A DNA stretch of 64,000 nt from NCBI RefSeq assembly GCF_015904235.1, contig NZ_JADZLT010000040.1, positions 449,794 through 513,793 on the forward strand, read 5' to 3'. Below the pieces are notes generated by a model. It ran no database searches. It was not told where the DNA came from and saw nothing but the letters and a program-made list of their open reading frames with translations. The stretch is from Methylobrevis albus. Its GTDB lineage: Bacteria; Pseudomonadota; Alphaproteobacteria; Rhizobiales; Pleomorphomonadaceae. The position numbers were made by a program, and so were the translations under genes. Positions 41,290 through 50,917 of this stretch are shown here, piece by piece; the first letter of the stretch is position 1; each line of letters starts with the position of its first letter.

Positions 41290-43308
41290 CTAGTTCACCC
41301 CGCGGCGCAGGTCGTCTTCGATTTCGAGGTCGGCGCCGGTCAGCCGCGTCCGATAGACGGCGAGGTTTTCGGCGACGCGCTGGACGTAGTTGCGCGTCTC
41401 GCCGTAGGGAATCAATTCGATCCAGTCGATCGGGTCGATCGCGCCACTGCGCGGGTCGCCGAAGCGGCGTACCCATTCGCGCACCTTGCCGGGGCCCGCG
41501 TTGTAGGCGGCGAAGCTCATGATGTAGGAGCCGGAGAAGTCGTCGACGAGGTCTTTCAGGTGGGCCGCGCCGAGCGTCGCGTTATAGGCGGGGTCGGTGG
41601 TGAGCCGTGGCCGCGAGTAGGCGACACCGAGCTTGCGGGCGGTCATTTCCGCCGTGCCGGGCATCATCTGCAACAGGCCGAGCGCGCCGGCACTGGAGAC
41701 GGCCGAGGTGTCGAAGGCGCTTTCCTGGCGGGCGATGGCGTAGACCATCGCCGGCTCGACCATCTCGCCGCTGCGGCCCTCGACCGGGATCGAATCCAGC
41801 GGATAGGCGAGGCTCGCCACATCCGGGAACCGCTCCATCGCGATCTTCGCGACCTGCAGGATCGTGCCGGCGCGCTGCTGGCGCTCGAGGAACTCGGCGA
41901 GCAGGGCGACCTGGCCGGGGGTGGCCAGCCGGCGGGCGATCGCCGGAAACAGCAGGTCGGCGTCGCCGGCGCGGCCGAGTTCGGTGAGCAGCAGCGCGGA
42001 CCGCACCATGTCGTCGGCGGCGAAGGCCGCGCGGTCGGCCGGCGTCGGCGCCGGGGCCGCCGGCAGGCCGAGGTCGGCATGGCCGAGGGCGCGGCGCGCC
42101 AACTGGCCGTAGAAGGTGGTGACGTCGCGCGCGGCCGTCTCGTAAAGACGGCGGGCGCCGGCCTCGTCGCCGGCCGCCGCGGCGGCGCGCGCCTGCCAGT
42201 AGGCGGCGCGCGAGCGGCTGATCGGCCGGGTGGAGATCTTTGCGAGCTCGTCGAAATGCCGCCGGGCGATCGCCGGGTCCTTCAGGAAGCGCAGCGCGTA
42301 CCAGCCGGCGTGGAATTCGGCCTCGACCCGGGTGAGGGCGCCGCCGTCCTGCTGCTGCGCCGCGAGTTCATAGGCGAGGGCGGCCTCGCCGGTCTCGTTG
42401 AGATCGCGCGAGACGATGCGGCGCTCGATCCACCATTCGTCGGCGTCGCCGCGGGTGCGGCCGGCGGCGGTGAGGTCGCGCAGCAGTTTCGCCGCCTGGT
42501 CCGCGTGGCCCTGGCGGCGCAGATATTCGACCGTGGTGAAGCCGTAGAGCGGATCGGCGCGCAGGGCGGCCGGCACCTTCTCCAGCTTCTTCGCCGCGCC
42601 GGCCTCGTTGCGCAACACCGCGGCGCGGGCGTCGGCGAGTGCCGTCCAGTCGGCACCGAGACGCTGAGCGACGCTGCGCGCCTGGCTCATCCGGTCGCCG
42701 AACATCATCAGGTGGAAGCGGCCGATCTCGTCGTCGCGGCCGAGCAGGTCGCCGTAATGCTGGAGGAAGGTGGCCTCGTCGGCCGGGGTCAGCTTCTGCG
42801 TGCGCCACCAATGGCCTGCGACACGCGCGGCCGCGGCGCGGTCGTCCATCGCGATATGGGCGGTGATCAGCGTCGAAAGGCCGACGGCGGTTTCGGGCAT
42901 CGTGGCGCCGAAAGCCTTGACGATCTCGGCCGGGGTCGCCCCCTCGCGGGCCAGCGCCGCTTCGGCGCGCCGGCGCATGATCGAGGCCGTCGGCCAGTCG
43001 GGCGCCGCGGCCGCAAAGCGGGTGATGTCGCGCGAAGTGAGGCCGGGCGCGTCGCGGCGGATCAGCATCCACTCGACCAGCCGGCGCTCGACGGGAGGCA
43101 ACGACTCGGCAAGGGTGCGCGCCCGCGCCTTGTCGCGCGCGTCGGCGGCGGAGAGCGCCGCTTCGAGCCGCTCATGCGACTGCGGATGCACGACCATCGC
43201 GGCCGGACCCTGCGCCATCAGCACATCCGCCGCGGCGCGCGCGGCCGGCGCTTCGAGGCCGGCGAGCAGCACGAGGGCGGTCAGGGTGGTCGTGGTCAGT
43301 CTGCGCAT
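41290..43308 (-). CDS. slt: soluble lytic murein transglycosylase (Slt70-like)
   Basis: Signal peptide, superhelical repeat domain and a C-terminal SLT catalytic domain (ESAFDTSAVSSAGALGLLQMMPGTA). Confidence 0.88.
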   Translation of the reverse strand: MRRLTTTTLTALVLLAGLEAPAARAAADVLMAQGPAAMVVHPQSHERLEAALSAADARDKARARTLAESLPPVERRLVEWMLIRRDAPGLTSRDITRFAAAAPDWPTASIMRRRAEAALAREGATPAEIVKAFGATMPETAVGLSTLITAHIAMDDRAAAARVAGHWWRTQKLTPADEATFLQHYGDLLGRDDEIGRFHLMMFGDRMSQARSVAQRLGADWTALADARAAVLRNEAGAAKKLEKVPAALRADPLYGFTTVEYLRRQGHADQAAKLLRDLTAAGRTRGDADEWWIERRIVSRDLNETGEAALAYELAAQQQDGGALTRVEAEFHAGWYALRFLKDPAIARRHFDELAKISTRPISRSRAAYWQARAAAAAGDEAGARRLYETAARDVTTFYGQLARRALGHADLGLPAAPAPTPADRAAFAADDMVRSALLLTELGRAGDADLLFPAIARRLATPGQVALLAEFLERQQRAGTILQVAKIAMERFPDVASLAYPLDSIPVEGRSGEMVEPAMVYAIARQESAFDTSAVSSAGALGLLQMMPGTAEMTARKLGVAYSRPRLTTDPAYNATLGAAHLKDLVDDFSGSYIMSFAAYNAGPGKVREWVRRFGDPRSGAIDPIDWIELIPYGETRNYVQRVAENLAVYRTRLTGADLEIEDDLRRGVN

Positions 43309-43751
43309 CGTGCATTCCTAGACGGTGGACGCATGGTCGCTGCGGCACGGCACATCGCTCTCGCCGACAGTATAACAGGCCGGCGCATCCTGCAGCCCCG
43401 CGCGCGGCCGGCGGCGGAGGCGGCCGCCGTGCCTTCGGCAGCCGTTGCCGCGGCGGCCACATGGCTTCGGAGCCGACAGCACCTTACGGTCCTGCCGCCA
43501 GCCTTATGCGGCACCGATGCGGCGGGAACGCGGCGGGCCACCCCGAAGGGGGCCCGGATCCATAGTGCGCCGGGCGGATTAACGGAAACCTAACCATGGT
43601 CGCCCGCCGACCGGCCGGCCGCGAGAACGCGCCGCGCCGCCGCACGCGCCGGGCCGGGCGGGCGCTTGTTCTCCCAACGCCGTCCGACTATTGTCCCGGC
43701 GAAGTCGAACGGGACGCCGAAAGCCGGCGCCCGATGAGGAACAGGGACGAC

Positions 43752-44627
43752 ATGCTCAAGGGTTCGATGACGGCGCTGGTGACGCCGTTCCGCGATGGCG
43801 CCTTCGACGAGGCGGCATTCGAGGCCTTCGTGGAGTGGCAGATCGCCGAGGGCTCGCACGGGCTGGTGCCGGTGGGCACCACGGGCGAGAGCCCGACGCT
43901 GAGCCATGCCGAGCACAAGCGGGTCGTCGAGGTCTGCATCAAGACCGCTGCCGGCCGGGTGCCGGTGGTGGCCGGCGCCGGCTCGAACAACACCGCGGAA
44001 GCGATCGATCTCGCCGTGTTCGCCGAAGAGGCCGGCGCGGACGCGCTGCTCGTCGTGACGCCCTATTACAACAAGCCGGGGCAGGAGGGTCTTTATCGTC
44101 ATTACAAGGCGATCAACGACGCCGTCGGCATCCCGATCATCATCTACAACATCCCGCCGCGCTCGGTGGTCGACATGTCGGTCGAGACGATGGCGCGGCT
44201 CTACGAGCTGCCGAACATCGTCGGCGTCAAGGACGCGACGGCGAAGCTCGACCGTGTCAGCGCCCAGCGGGCGGCGATGGGGCCGGACTTCATCCAGCTC
44301 TCCGGCGAGGATGGCACCGCGCTCGCCTTCATGGCGCATGGCGGTCATGGCTGCATCTCGGTGACCAGCAACGTCGCGCCGCGGCTGTGCTCGGCGTTCC
44401 AGGAGGCGTGCCTTGCCGGCGACTATGCCGGCGCGCTCGCCATCCAGGACCAGCTGTTCCCGCTGCACCAGGCGATGTTCGTCGAGCCGAACCCGCAAGG
44501 CGCGAAGTTCGGGCTGTCGCTGCTCGGCAAGCTGCGCAACGAACTGCGCCTGCCGCTGGTGCCGCTGTCCGCGCCGACCGAGGCGATCATCCGCGACGCC
44601 ATGGTCCACGCCGGACTGATCAACTGA
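43752..44627 (+). CDS. dapA: 4-hydroxy-tetrahydrodipicolinate synthase
   Basis: [13 protein letters not shown]... with the catalytic Lys region (GVKDATAKL) and GTTGES. It is divergent from slt, as in many alphaproteobacteria. Confidence 0.92.
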   Translation: MLKGSMTALVTPFRDGAFDEAAFEAFVEWQIAEGSHGLVPVGTTGESPTLSHAEHKRVVEVCIKTAAGRVPVVAGAGSNNTAEAIDLAVFAEEAGADALLVVTPYYNKPGQEGLYRHYKAINDAVGIPIIIYNIPPRSVVDMSVETMARLYELPNIVGVKDATAKLDRVSAQRAAMGPDFIQLSGEDGTALAFMAHGGHGCISVTSNVAPRLCSAFQEACLAGDYAGALAIQDQLFPLHQAMFVEPNPQGAKFGLSLLGKLRNELRLPLVPLSAPTEAIIRDAMVHAGLIN

Positions 44628-44676
44628 CTTTAGAAAACGGCCGGCCCGCGGGGCCGCCGATGGAGCCCTGTCCCCG

Positions 44677-45156
44677 ATGGCCCCCCAGAAGCCGACCCTG
44701 ACGGTCAACCGCATCGCGGCCGACAATCGCAAGGCGCGCTTCAACTTCGCGATCGGCGATGCCGTCGAGGCGGGCATCGCCCTGACCGGCACCGAGGTGA
44801 AGTCGCTGCGGCAGGGCCGCAGCAACATCACCGATGCCTACGCGGCCGAGCACAAGGGCGAGCTCTATCTCTACAACGCCTATATCCCCGAGTACCTGCA
44901 GGCGAACCAGTTCAATCACGAGACGCGGCGGCCGCGGAAGCTGCTGCTGCACAAGCGCCAGATCAATCGCCTGATCGGCGCGGTGGACCGCGACGGCATG
45001 ACGATCGTGCCGCTGAAGCTCTACTTCAACGATCGCGGCCGCGCGAAGTGCGAGATCGCCCTCGCCAAGGGCAAGAAGAATCACGACAAGCGCGAGACCG
45101 AGAAGCAGCGCGACTGGAATCGTGAGAAATCCCGGCTGATGAAGGACCGCGGCTGA
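44677..45156 (+). CDS. smpB: SsrA-binding protein SmpB
   Basis: 159 aa matching SmpB ([26 protein letters not shown]). Confidence 0.95.
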   Translation: MAPQKPTLTVNRIAADNRKARFNFAIGDAVEAGIALTGTEVKSLRQGRSNITDAYAAEHKGELYLYNAYIPEYLQANQFNHETRRPRKLLLHKRQINRLIGAVDRDGMTIVPLKLYFNDRGRAKCEIALAKGKKNHDKRETEKQRDWNREKSRLMKDRG

Positions 45157-45693
45157 CCCGCCGCGGCGCGGCAGGCCCGACCTGGGCCGCGGGATCGCAA
45201 GGCCGGTGGCGCCTTCGCGATGGCCGCCGCTTCCCTGCATCTGACGCCATGCGCACCGCCGGGGCCCTGATCCGGCCATGTGTCGCCGGCGTCGACCACC
45301 GATTCTGACCCCATCGACCCTGCCTGTCCGGTTCCATCACGCGGGTCCAACCCCAGATTGCGGCGACATGGTGGCGCGGGCTTGGCCGCGGATGGGCAGA
45401 GCTGCTTTTTTCTGGCCAAGCGTCTGGATTGGGGACGAATAAACGCCGTCGATCACCCGATGTTTCGATCTCGCGATTGATTGATCGACCTGTGAGCGCT
45501 GATCGCAGAAACCTGATAGTTCATTGTTATATAAGACTGTTTCCATTTCGATCGCTAATCGCGGCGCTGGAGCGGCCTATATCAGTCTCATCGGGTCGTG
45601 GACGACACGACGGTGCCGAGGCGCCGGGGTCGCCACCAGACCGACGATTTGGAACTGATTTGTCGTTTACAACGGATAGATGAGGAGACTGTC

Positions 45694-46017
45694 ATGAAGC
45701 TCAAGACTTTCGCGCTCGCCGCCGCCTTTGCCGGCCTTTCGACCGCCGCTTTCGCCGCCGGTGGCTATCACCCGGGCTACTCGACCAGCGAGATCCAGCT
45801 GATGCAGCGTGAGGCTCGTGCCGCCGCTTCCGGCCCTGCGATCGGCACCCGCGGTGCGGGCTTCTACGATCAGGCGGCGCCGCTGACCTCGACGCAGCCC
45901 TATACGCCGGGTTACTCGACCAACGACCTCGCGCAGCGCGAGCGCAGCGCCGGCAGCACGCACACCCTGCCGGCCACGGCGGGCAACCCGGGCACCGCCT
46001 TCGTCAGCGAGCCCTGA
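45694..46017 (+). CDS. hypothetical small secreted protein with duplicated PGYST module
   Basis: A GAGGAG Shine-Dalgarno sequence and a signal peptide (MKLKTFALAAAFAGLSTAAFA). It contains two copies of the module xPGYST(S/N)(E/D)..(Q/A)RE(A/R)xAAxSGP. A strong terminator follows (46043..46071). Confidence 0.6.
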   Translation: MKLKTFALAAAFAGLSTAAFAAGGYHPGYSTSEIQLMQREARAAASGPAIGTRGAGFYDQAAPLTSTQPYTPGYSTNDLAQRERSAGSTHTLPATAGNPGTAFVSEP

Positions 46018-46042
46018 TCGGGCCAGACGCACCGTCTTTCGG

Positions 46043-46071
46043 AAAGGGGCCCGTTCGGGCCCCTTTTCTTG
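46043..46071 (+). terminator. rho-independent terminator
   Basis: AAAGGGGCCCGTTCGGGCCCCTTTTCTTG. Confidence 0.85.
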
Positions 46072-46335
46072 TCGTGGCGAATCGAGCGGCGCGCGGATGC
46101 GGACAGGCTGAAGCTCGGGCAGGGGACTCGAAGAGCGAGGGAAGAGCGCGGGCGCCGGCAAGGTGCGCGCCGTGGCGCAGCCTGAGAAATGGCGAATCCT
46201 AAACGTCGACGTTTGCCAAAGACCCGCGAGCCCTGAACCGGACGGCGGCCGGGGTGCGCCTACGACGAAAGTTGCAGATCACGGTGAGAACAGTTGCGAG
46301 ACGGTCTGCAGCGCTGTTGGGCCGGCGGAGTAAAA

Positions 46336-46380
46336 TCGATTTAAAAAATAAAAAAGCAAGGCCGAAGCCTTGCTTTTCGA
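46336..46380. terminator. bidirectional terminator-like hairpin in AT-rich island
   Basis: AAAAAATAAAAAAGCAAGGCCGAAGCCTTGCTTTTCG. The stem is flanked by an A-run on one side and a T-run on the other. Confidence 0.6.
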
Positions 46381-47002
46381 GTTCCGCGTGTCGTCCCCAT
46401 TCAAGTAATCGAGCGGCGTTTCCTCCCGACCGCCCGGCCACTTCGGCTGCGATTTCCGCGCCAGGGGGCTATCCTCCCAAGACTCAGACCGCGATTTTTG
46501 AGAAGACCGTTCGTGAGACGAAATAGTGGAGACGATTATTGTGTCTCGTTGCTCGTCTTGACGATCTTCATTGTTGTTATGTCGGGACCGTACACCCCGA
46601 CCCCCACCTTGTCATCTCTTTCGGCAATCGATCGCGAAGATTTTTTGCGCACTTTGGCGGCTTCGTGGCACGAAGGTGCGAAAGACACCGCAGCGGGATT
46701 TCCCTTGCCTATCAATGGGGCAAGCCTCGACACGCGCCATCGGTTCTCCGTCGGGCGTGGGCCGTGCCCATCACACCGCCTCGATCGCGGGAGGGCGGGC
46801 CTGGTCCGATCGGCGGCAACACCCAAGTGTGCCGGCCCCCCGGTCGCGGCAGGCTATCCGGACATCGGCTCCGGCGCGCCGGCAAGGGGCGACGAGCGAG
46901 TGGCCGACCGGCGCGCGGGGGCGCCCGGCGCGGGCCTTGTCTTTTCATCGTCGATGCGCTTTCTGTGGCGCCGCGTCCCAGAACACCTTGCGAGGCTTCC
47001 GC

Positions 47003-48322
47003 ATGCGCCTGTCGCGCTATTTCCTGCCGATCCTGAAAGAGACGCCGAAGGAGGCGGAAATCGTGTCGCACCGGCTGATGCTGCGTGCCGGCATGATCCG
47101 CCAGCAGTCCGCGGGCATCTATTCCTGGCTGCCGCTCGGCCTCAAGGTGCTGGAAAAGGTCGGCGCGATCGTGCGCGAGGAGCAGAACCGCGCCGGGGCG
47201 ATCGAGATCCTGATGCCGACGATCCAGGCGGCGGACCTCTGGCGCGAAAGTGGCCGCTACGACGACTATGGCAAGGAAATGCTGCGCATCGTCGACCGCC
47301 ACGAGCGCGACATGCTGTACGGGCCGACCAACGAGGAGATGGTCACCGACATCTTCCGCACCGCGGTGCGCTCCTACCGCGACCTGCCGCTCAATCTCTA
47401 CCACATCCAGTGGAAGTTCCGCGACGAGGTGCGGCCGCGCTTCGGCGTGATGCGTGGGCGCGAGTTCCTGATGAAGGACGCCTACTCCTTCGATCTCGAC
47501 GCCGAAGGCGCGCGGCGCTCCTACAACAAGATGTTCGTCGCCTATCTGCGCACCTTCGCGCGGCTCGGCCTGACCGCGATCCCGATGAAGGCCGATTCCG
47601 GCCCGATCGGCGGCGACATGACGCACGAGTTCATCGTGCTCGCCTCGACCGGCGAGAGCGAAGTCTACTGCGACCGCGACCTGCTCGACATGCCGGTGCC
47701 GGCGGTCGATATCGACTTCGACGGCGATCTCGACCCGGTGGTGAAGTCGTTCACCAGCCGTTACGCGGCGACCGAGGAGATGCACGACGCCGACGTGTTC
47801 GGCGCGCTGCCCGGCGAGCGCCAGGTGACGGCGCGCGGCATCGAGGTCGGCCACATCTTCTATTTCGGCACCAAATACTCCGAGCCGATGGGTGCCAAGG
47901 TGGCGGGACCCGACGGCGCGGAGCGCCCGGTGCACATGGGCTCCTACGGCATCGGCGTCTCGCGTCTCGTCGCGGGCCTGATCGAGGCCAGCCACGACGA
48001 CGCCGGCATCATCTGGCCGGAGTCGGTGGCGCCGTTCGATGTCGGCATCGTCAACCTGAAGCCGGGTGACGCGGCGACCGATGCCGCCTGCGAGGACATC
48101 CTCGCCCGGCTCGAGGCGGCGGGCCGCGACGTACTCTACGACGACACCGAAGGGCGCGCGGGCGCGAAGTTCGCGACCATGGACCTGATCGGCCTGCCCT
48201 GGCAGGTGATCGTCGGGCCGAAGGGCGTCGCCGACGGGACGGTGGAATTGAAGCGCCGCGCGACCGGGGAGCGCCACAGCCTCCCCATCGACCAGGTGCT
48301 GGCCCGGCTTTCCGGGGCCTGA
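47003..48322 (+). CDS. proS: proline--tRNA ligase (short alphaproteobacterial/eukaryote-like type)
   Basis: [34 protein letters not shown] plus class II motifs ([25 protein letters not shown]). The start is the ATG at 47003 within the longer track ORF. Confidence 0.93.
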   Translation: MRLSRYFLPILKETPKEAEIVSHRLMLRAGMIRQQSAGIYSWLPLGLKVLEKVGAIVREEQNRAGAIEILMPTIQAADLWRESGRYDDYGKEMLRIVDRHERDMLYGPTNEEMVTDIFRTAVRSYRDLPLNLYHIQWKFRDEVRPRFGVMRGREFLMKDAYSFDLDAEGARRSYNKMFVAYLRTFARLGLTAIPMKADSGPIGGDMTHEFIVLASTGESEVYCDRDLLDMPVPAVDIDFDGDLDPVVKSFTSRYAATEEMHDADVFGALPGERQVTARGIEVGHIFYFGTKYSEPMGAKVAGPDGAERPVHMGSYGIGVSRLVAGLIEASHDDAGIIWPESVAPFDVGIVNLKPGDAATDAACEDILARLEAAGRDVLYDDTEGRAGAKFATMDLIGLPWQVIVGPKGVADGTVELKRRATGERHSLPIDQVLARLSGA

Positions 48323-48436
48323 GCCGATCTGGTCCGGGCCGGCCGATCGCGTATAGTCGCCGGGCGGTCCTTCGGAGATTCGCGCCGGCGGGGCAGGCGC
48401 GGCCCGGCGGCAAACTTCACGGCGAGGCAGGCGAAT

Positions 48437-49705
48437 ATGGTGGCGAAGATCGGCGCGGCGTTGATCGCGCCTTTCGAGTGGATGCTGGCGATGCGGTATC
48501 TCCGCTCGCGGCGCAAGGAGGCGTTCATCTCGGTGATCGCCGGCTTCTCCTTCGTCGGCATCATGCTTGGGGTCGCGACGCTGATCATCGTCATGGCCGT
48601 GATGAACGGCTTTCGCGGCCAGCTGCTCGAGAAGATCCTCGGCATCAACGGCCACATGGTCGTGCAGCCGATCGACACGCCGCTCACCGACTATGCCGAA
48701 GTGACCGAGCGGATCGCTGCGATCCGGGGCGTGCGCCTCGCCATGCCGTTCACCGAGGGGCAGGTGCTCGCGTCCGGGCCGTCGGGCGCCTTCGGCACCC
48801 TGGTGCGCGGTGTGATGCGCAATGATCTCGAACGCATGCCGCTGATCGCCGGCACGATCCGCCAGGGCTCCCTCGACGGCTTCGACGAGGGCGAAGGCAT
48901 CGCGATCGGCATCCGGCTCGCCCAGAATCTCGGCATCGCGGCGGGCGACCGGGTCACGCTGGTCAGCCCGAAGGGCAGCGTGACCGCGCTCGGCACCACG
49001 CCGCGGGTCAAGGCCTATGTGGTGGCGGCGATCTTCGAGATCGGCATGTCGGAATATGATTCCACCTTCGTCTTCATGCCCTTCGCCGAGGCGCAGATCT
49101 ATTTCAACACGCCGGAGGTCGCGAGCGCGATCGACGTGTTCGTCGACGATCCGGATCGGGTCGGCGAGATGCGCGACGAGGTCGGAACCGCTGCCGGCCG
49201 ACCCAACGTCATCAGCGACTGGCGCCAGCGCAACGTCACCTTCTTTGCCGCGCTGGAGGTGGAGCGGAACGTGATGTTCCTGATCCTGACGCTGATCGTG
49301 CTGGTCGCGGCGCTCAACATCGTATCGGGCATGACGATGCTGGTGAAGGACAAGGGGCATGACATCGCCATCCTGCGCACCATGGGCGCGTCGCGCGGCT
49401 CGATCCTCCGGATCTTCCTGATCACGGGGGCGAGCATCGGGGTGGTGGGGACCATCGCCGGCTTCTGCCTGGGGCTGCTCGTCTGCCTCAACATCGAATC
49501 GATCCGCCAGTTCATTTCCTGGCTCACCAGCACGGAACTCTTCTCGCCCGAACTCTATTATCTCAGCCGGTTGCCCGCGGACGTGAACGTCGGCGAGACG
49601 CTGAGCATCCTCGCCATGGCGATGGCGCTGTCCTTCCTTGCGACGCTCTACCCCGCCTGGCGCGCCGCGAAGCTCGATCCCGTCGAAGCGCTGAGGTACG
49701 AATGA
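48437..49705 (+). CDS. lolC: lipoprotein-releasing ABC transporter permease LolC/LolE
   Basis: FtsX-like permease with four transmembrane helices and a large periplasmic loop. It overlaps lolD by 4 nt. An alternative start is [11 protein letters not shown] (48482). Confidence 0.88.
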   Translation: MVAKIGAALIAPFEWMLAMRYLRSRRKEAFISVIAGFSFVGIMLGVATLIIVMAVMNGFRGQLLEKILGINGHMVVQPIDTPLTDYAEVTERIAAIRGVRLAMPFTEGQVLASGPSGAFGTLVRGVMRNDLERMPLIAGTIRQGSLDGFDEGEGIAIGIRLAQNLGIAAGDRVTLVSPKGSVTALGTTPRVKAYVVAAIFEIGMSEYDSTFVFMPFAEAQIYFNTPEVASAIDVFVDDPDRVGEMRDEVGTAAGRPNVISDWRQRNVTFFAALEVERNVMFLILTLIVLVAALNIVSGMTMLVKDKGHDIAILRTMGASRGSILRIFLITGASIGVVGTIAGFCLGLLVCLNIESIRQFISWLTSTELFSPELYYLSRLPADVNVGETLSILAMAMALSFLATLYPAWRAAKLDPVEALRYE

Positions 49706-50406
49706 GCGACGCAGCCCAGCCCGCCCCCGGCGCCGTCCTCCGACTTGCCGGCGTCACCCGCGCCTATGACGAGGGCAGCGGCAAGCTGCACATTCTCACC
49801 GGTGCGGACTTCGTGCTGCAGCCTGGCGAGATCGTCGGCCTCGTGGCGCCGTCGGGCGTCGGCAAGTCGACGCTGCTGCAGATCGCCGGCCTGCTCGAGA
49901 AGCCCGACAGCGGCGACGTGCTGATCCACGGTGCCTCCTGCGGGGCGCTCGACGACACCGGGCGCACGAAGATGCGCCGGACGACGATCGGCTTCGTCTA
50001 CCAGTTCCACCACCTGCTGCCCGAGTTCACCGCGGTCGAGAACCTCGTCGTGCCGCAGATGATCAACGGGCTCGGCCGACGCGACGCGCGGCAGCGGTCG
50101 ATGGAACTGCTCTCCTATCTGAAGCTCGACCACCGCGCCGACCATCTGCCGTCGCAGCTCTCGGGCGGCGAGCGCCAGCGCGTCGCCATTGCCCGCGCCG
50201 TCGCCAACGCGCCGCGCATCCTGCTCGCCGACGAGCCGACCGGCAATCTCGACCCGAAGACGTCGCGCTACGTCTACGATGCGCTGCTGGCGCTGGTGCG
50301 CGGCACCGGCCTCGCCGCCGTGATCGCCACCCACAACATGGACCTCGCCGGCCGCATGGACCGCCGCATCACCCTGATCGACGGCAAGGTCGTCGAACTC
50401 GACTGA
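49702..50406 (+). CDS. lolD: lipoprotein-releasing ABC transporter ATP-binding protein LolD
   Basis: Walker A motif (APSGVGKST), ABC signature (LSGGERQR) and Walker B motif ([11 protein letters not shown]). Confidence 0.93.
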   Translation: MSDAAQPAPGAVLRLAGVTRAYDEGSGKLHILTGADFVLQPGEIVGLVAPSGVGKSTLLQIAGLLEKPDSGDVLIHGASCGALDDTGRTKMRRTTIGFVYQFHHLLPEFTAVENLVVPQMINGLGRRDARQRSMELLSYLKLDHRADHLPSQLSGGERQRVAIARAVANAPRILLADEPTGNLDPKTSRYVYDALLALVRGTGLAAVIATHNMDLAGRMDRRITLIDGKVVELD

Positions 50407-50431
50407 GGCGGCGCCCGACGTCGCAGTCGCC

Positions 50432-50713
50432 TCAGGCGCCGCCGACGACGACGGCGAGCATCGTCGCAAAGGCGGTGAGCGCGCCGAGGGCCGCGACATC
50501 CCGGACCATCAGCGAACGCACCAGGTGGTGCCAGAGCACGCGCGGCAGCGGCTCGACGAAATCGGCGACCATCAACGCCTTGCCGCCGCCCGAGTAGGAG
50601 GTCGGCCGGCCGGCGAGAAACCGGCGGAACCCGAAGGACCAGCGATCGCGGCGGCGCTGCGGCCGGGCGGCGACGGCGAGGGAGAAGAAGCGGACATCGG
50701 TGGTGCTCGGCAT
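50432..50713 (-). CDS. candidate unannotated small membrane protein (SOS-regulated?)
   Basis: 93-aa ORF with very high GC3 and a C-terminal hydrophobic helix (VAALGALTAFATMLAVVVGGA). A GGAG Shine-Dalgarno sequence lies 7 nt upstream of the ATG, and a LexA box lies 38 nt upstream. Confidence 0.4.
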   Translation of the reverse strand: MPSTTDVRFFSLAVAARPQRRRDRWSFGFRRFLAGRPTSYSGGGKALMVADFVEPLPRVLWHHLVRSLMVRDVAALGALTAFATMLAVVVGGA

Positions 50714-50740
50714 CGTTTTGCTCCATCAAGTTCCTTGTAT

Positions 50741-50765
50741 GTTCTCATCTGTTCTGATAATGTTC
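50741..50765. promoter_or_regulatory. LexA (SOS) box, alphaproteobacterial type GTTC-N7-GTTC
   Basis: GTTCtcatctGTTCtgataatGTTC, with a perfect GTTC-N7-GTTC at 50751..50765 and an extra half-site 6 nt upstream. It sits in a local AT-rich island between the small ORF (minus strand) and dnaE (plus strand). Confidence 0.65.
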
Positions 50766-50917
50766 CTTCTGTCAAGGGGCGTTGTGTGTCAGACGGTGCC
50801 GGGATCAGGCGCAGCCAGGGACGCGATCGGAACGGGCGGCGCCGGGGCGTCGCGGCTGTCCACAGCGCATGTCGGTGACGACGGCGCTCGTCGTTGAGTG
50901 GGAGCGGCGGGGGCGGC

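Noticed and set aside
45160-47000. tmRNA (ssrA) expected near smpB
   Set aside because: No tag-peptide reading frame ending in AA-stop, no tRNA-like T-arm/CCA pair and no permuted two-piece signature were seen in the smpB flanks.
46712-49360. 882-aa minus-strand ORF
   Set aside because: It is antisense to proS and lolC/E, so it is an artefact of GC-rich codon bias.
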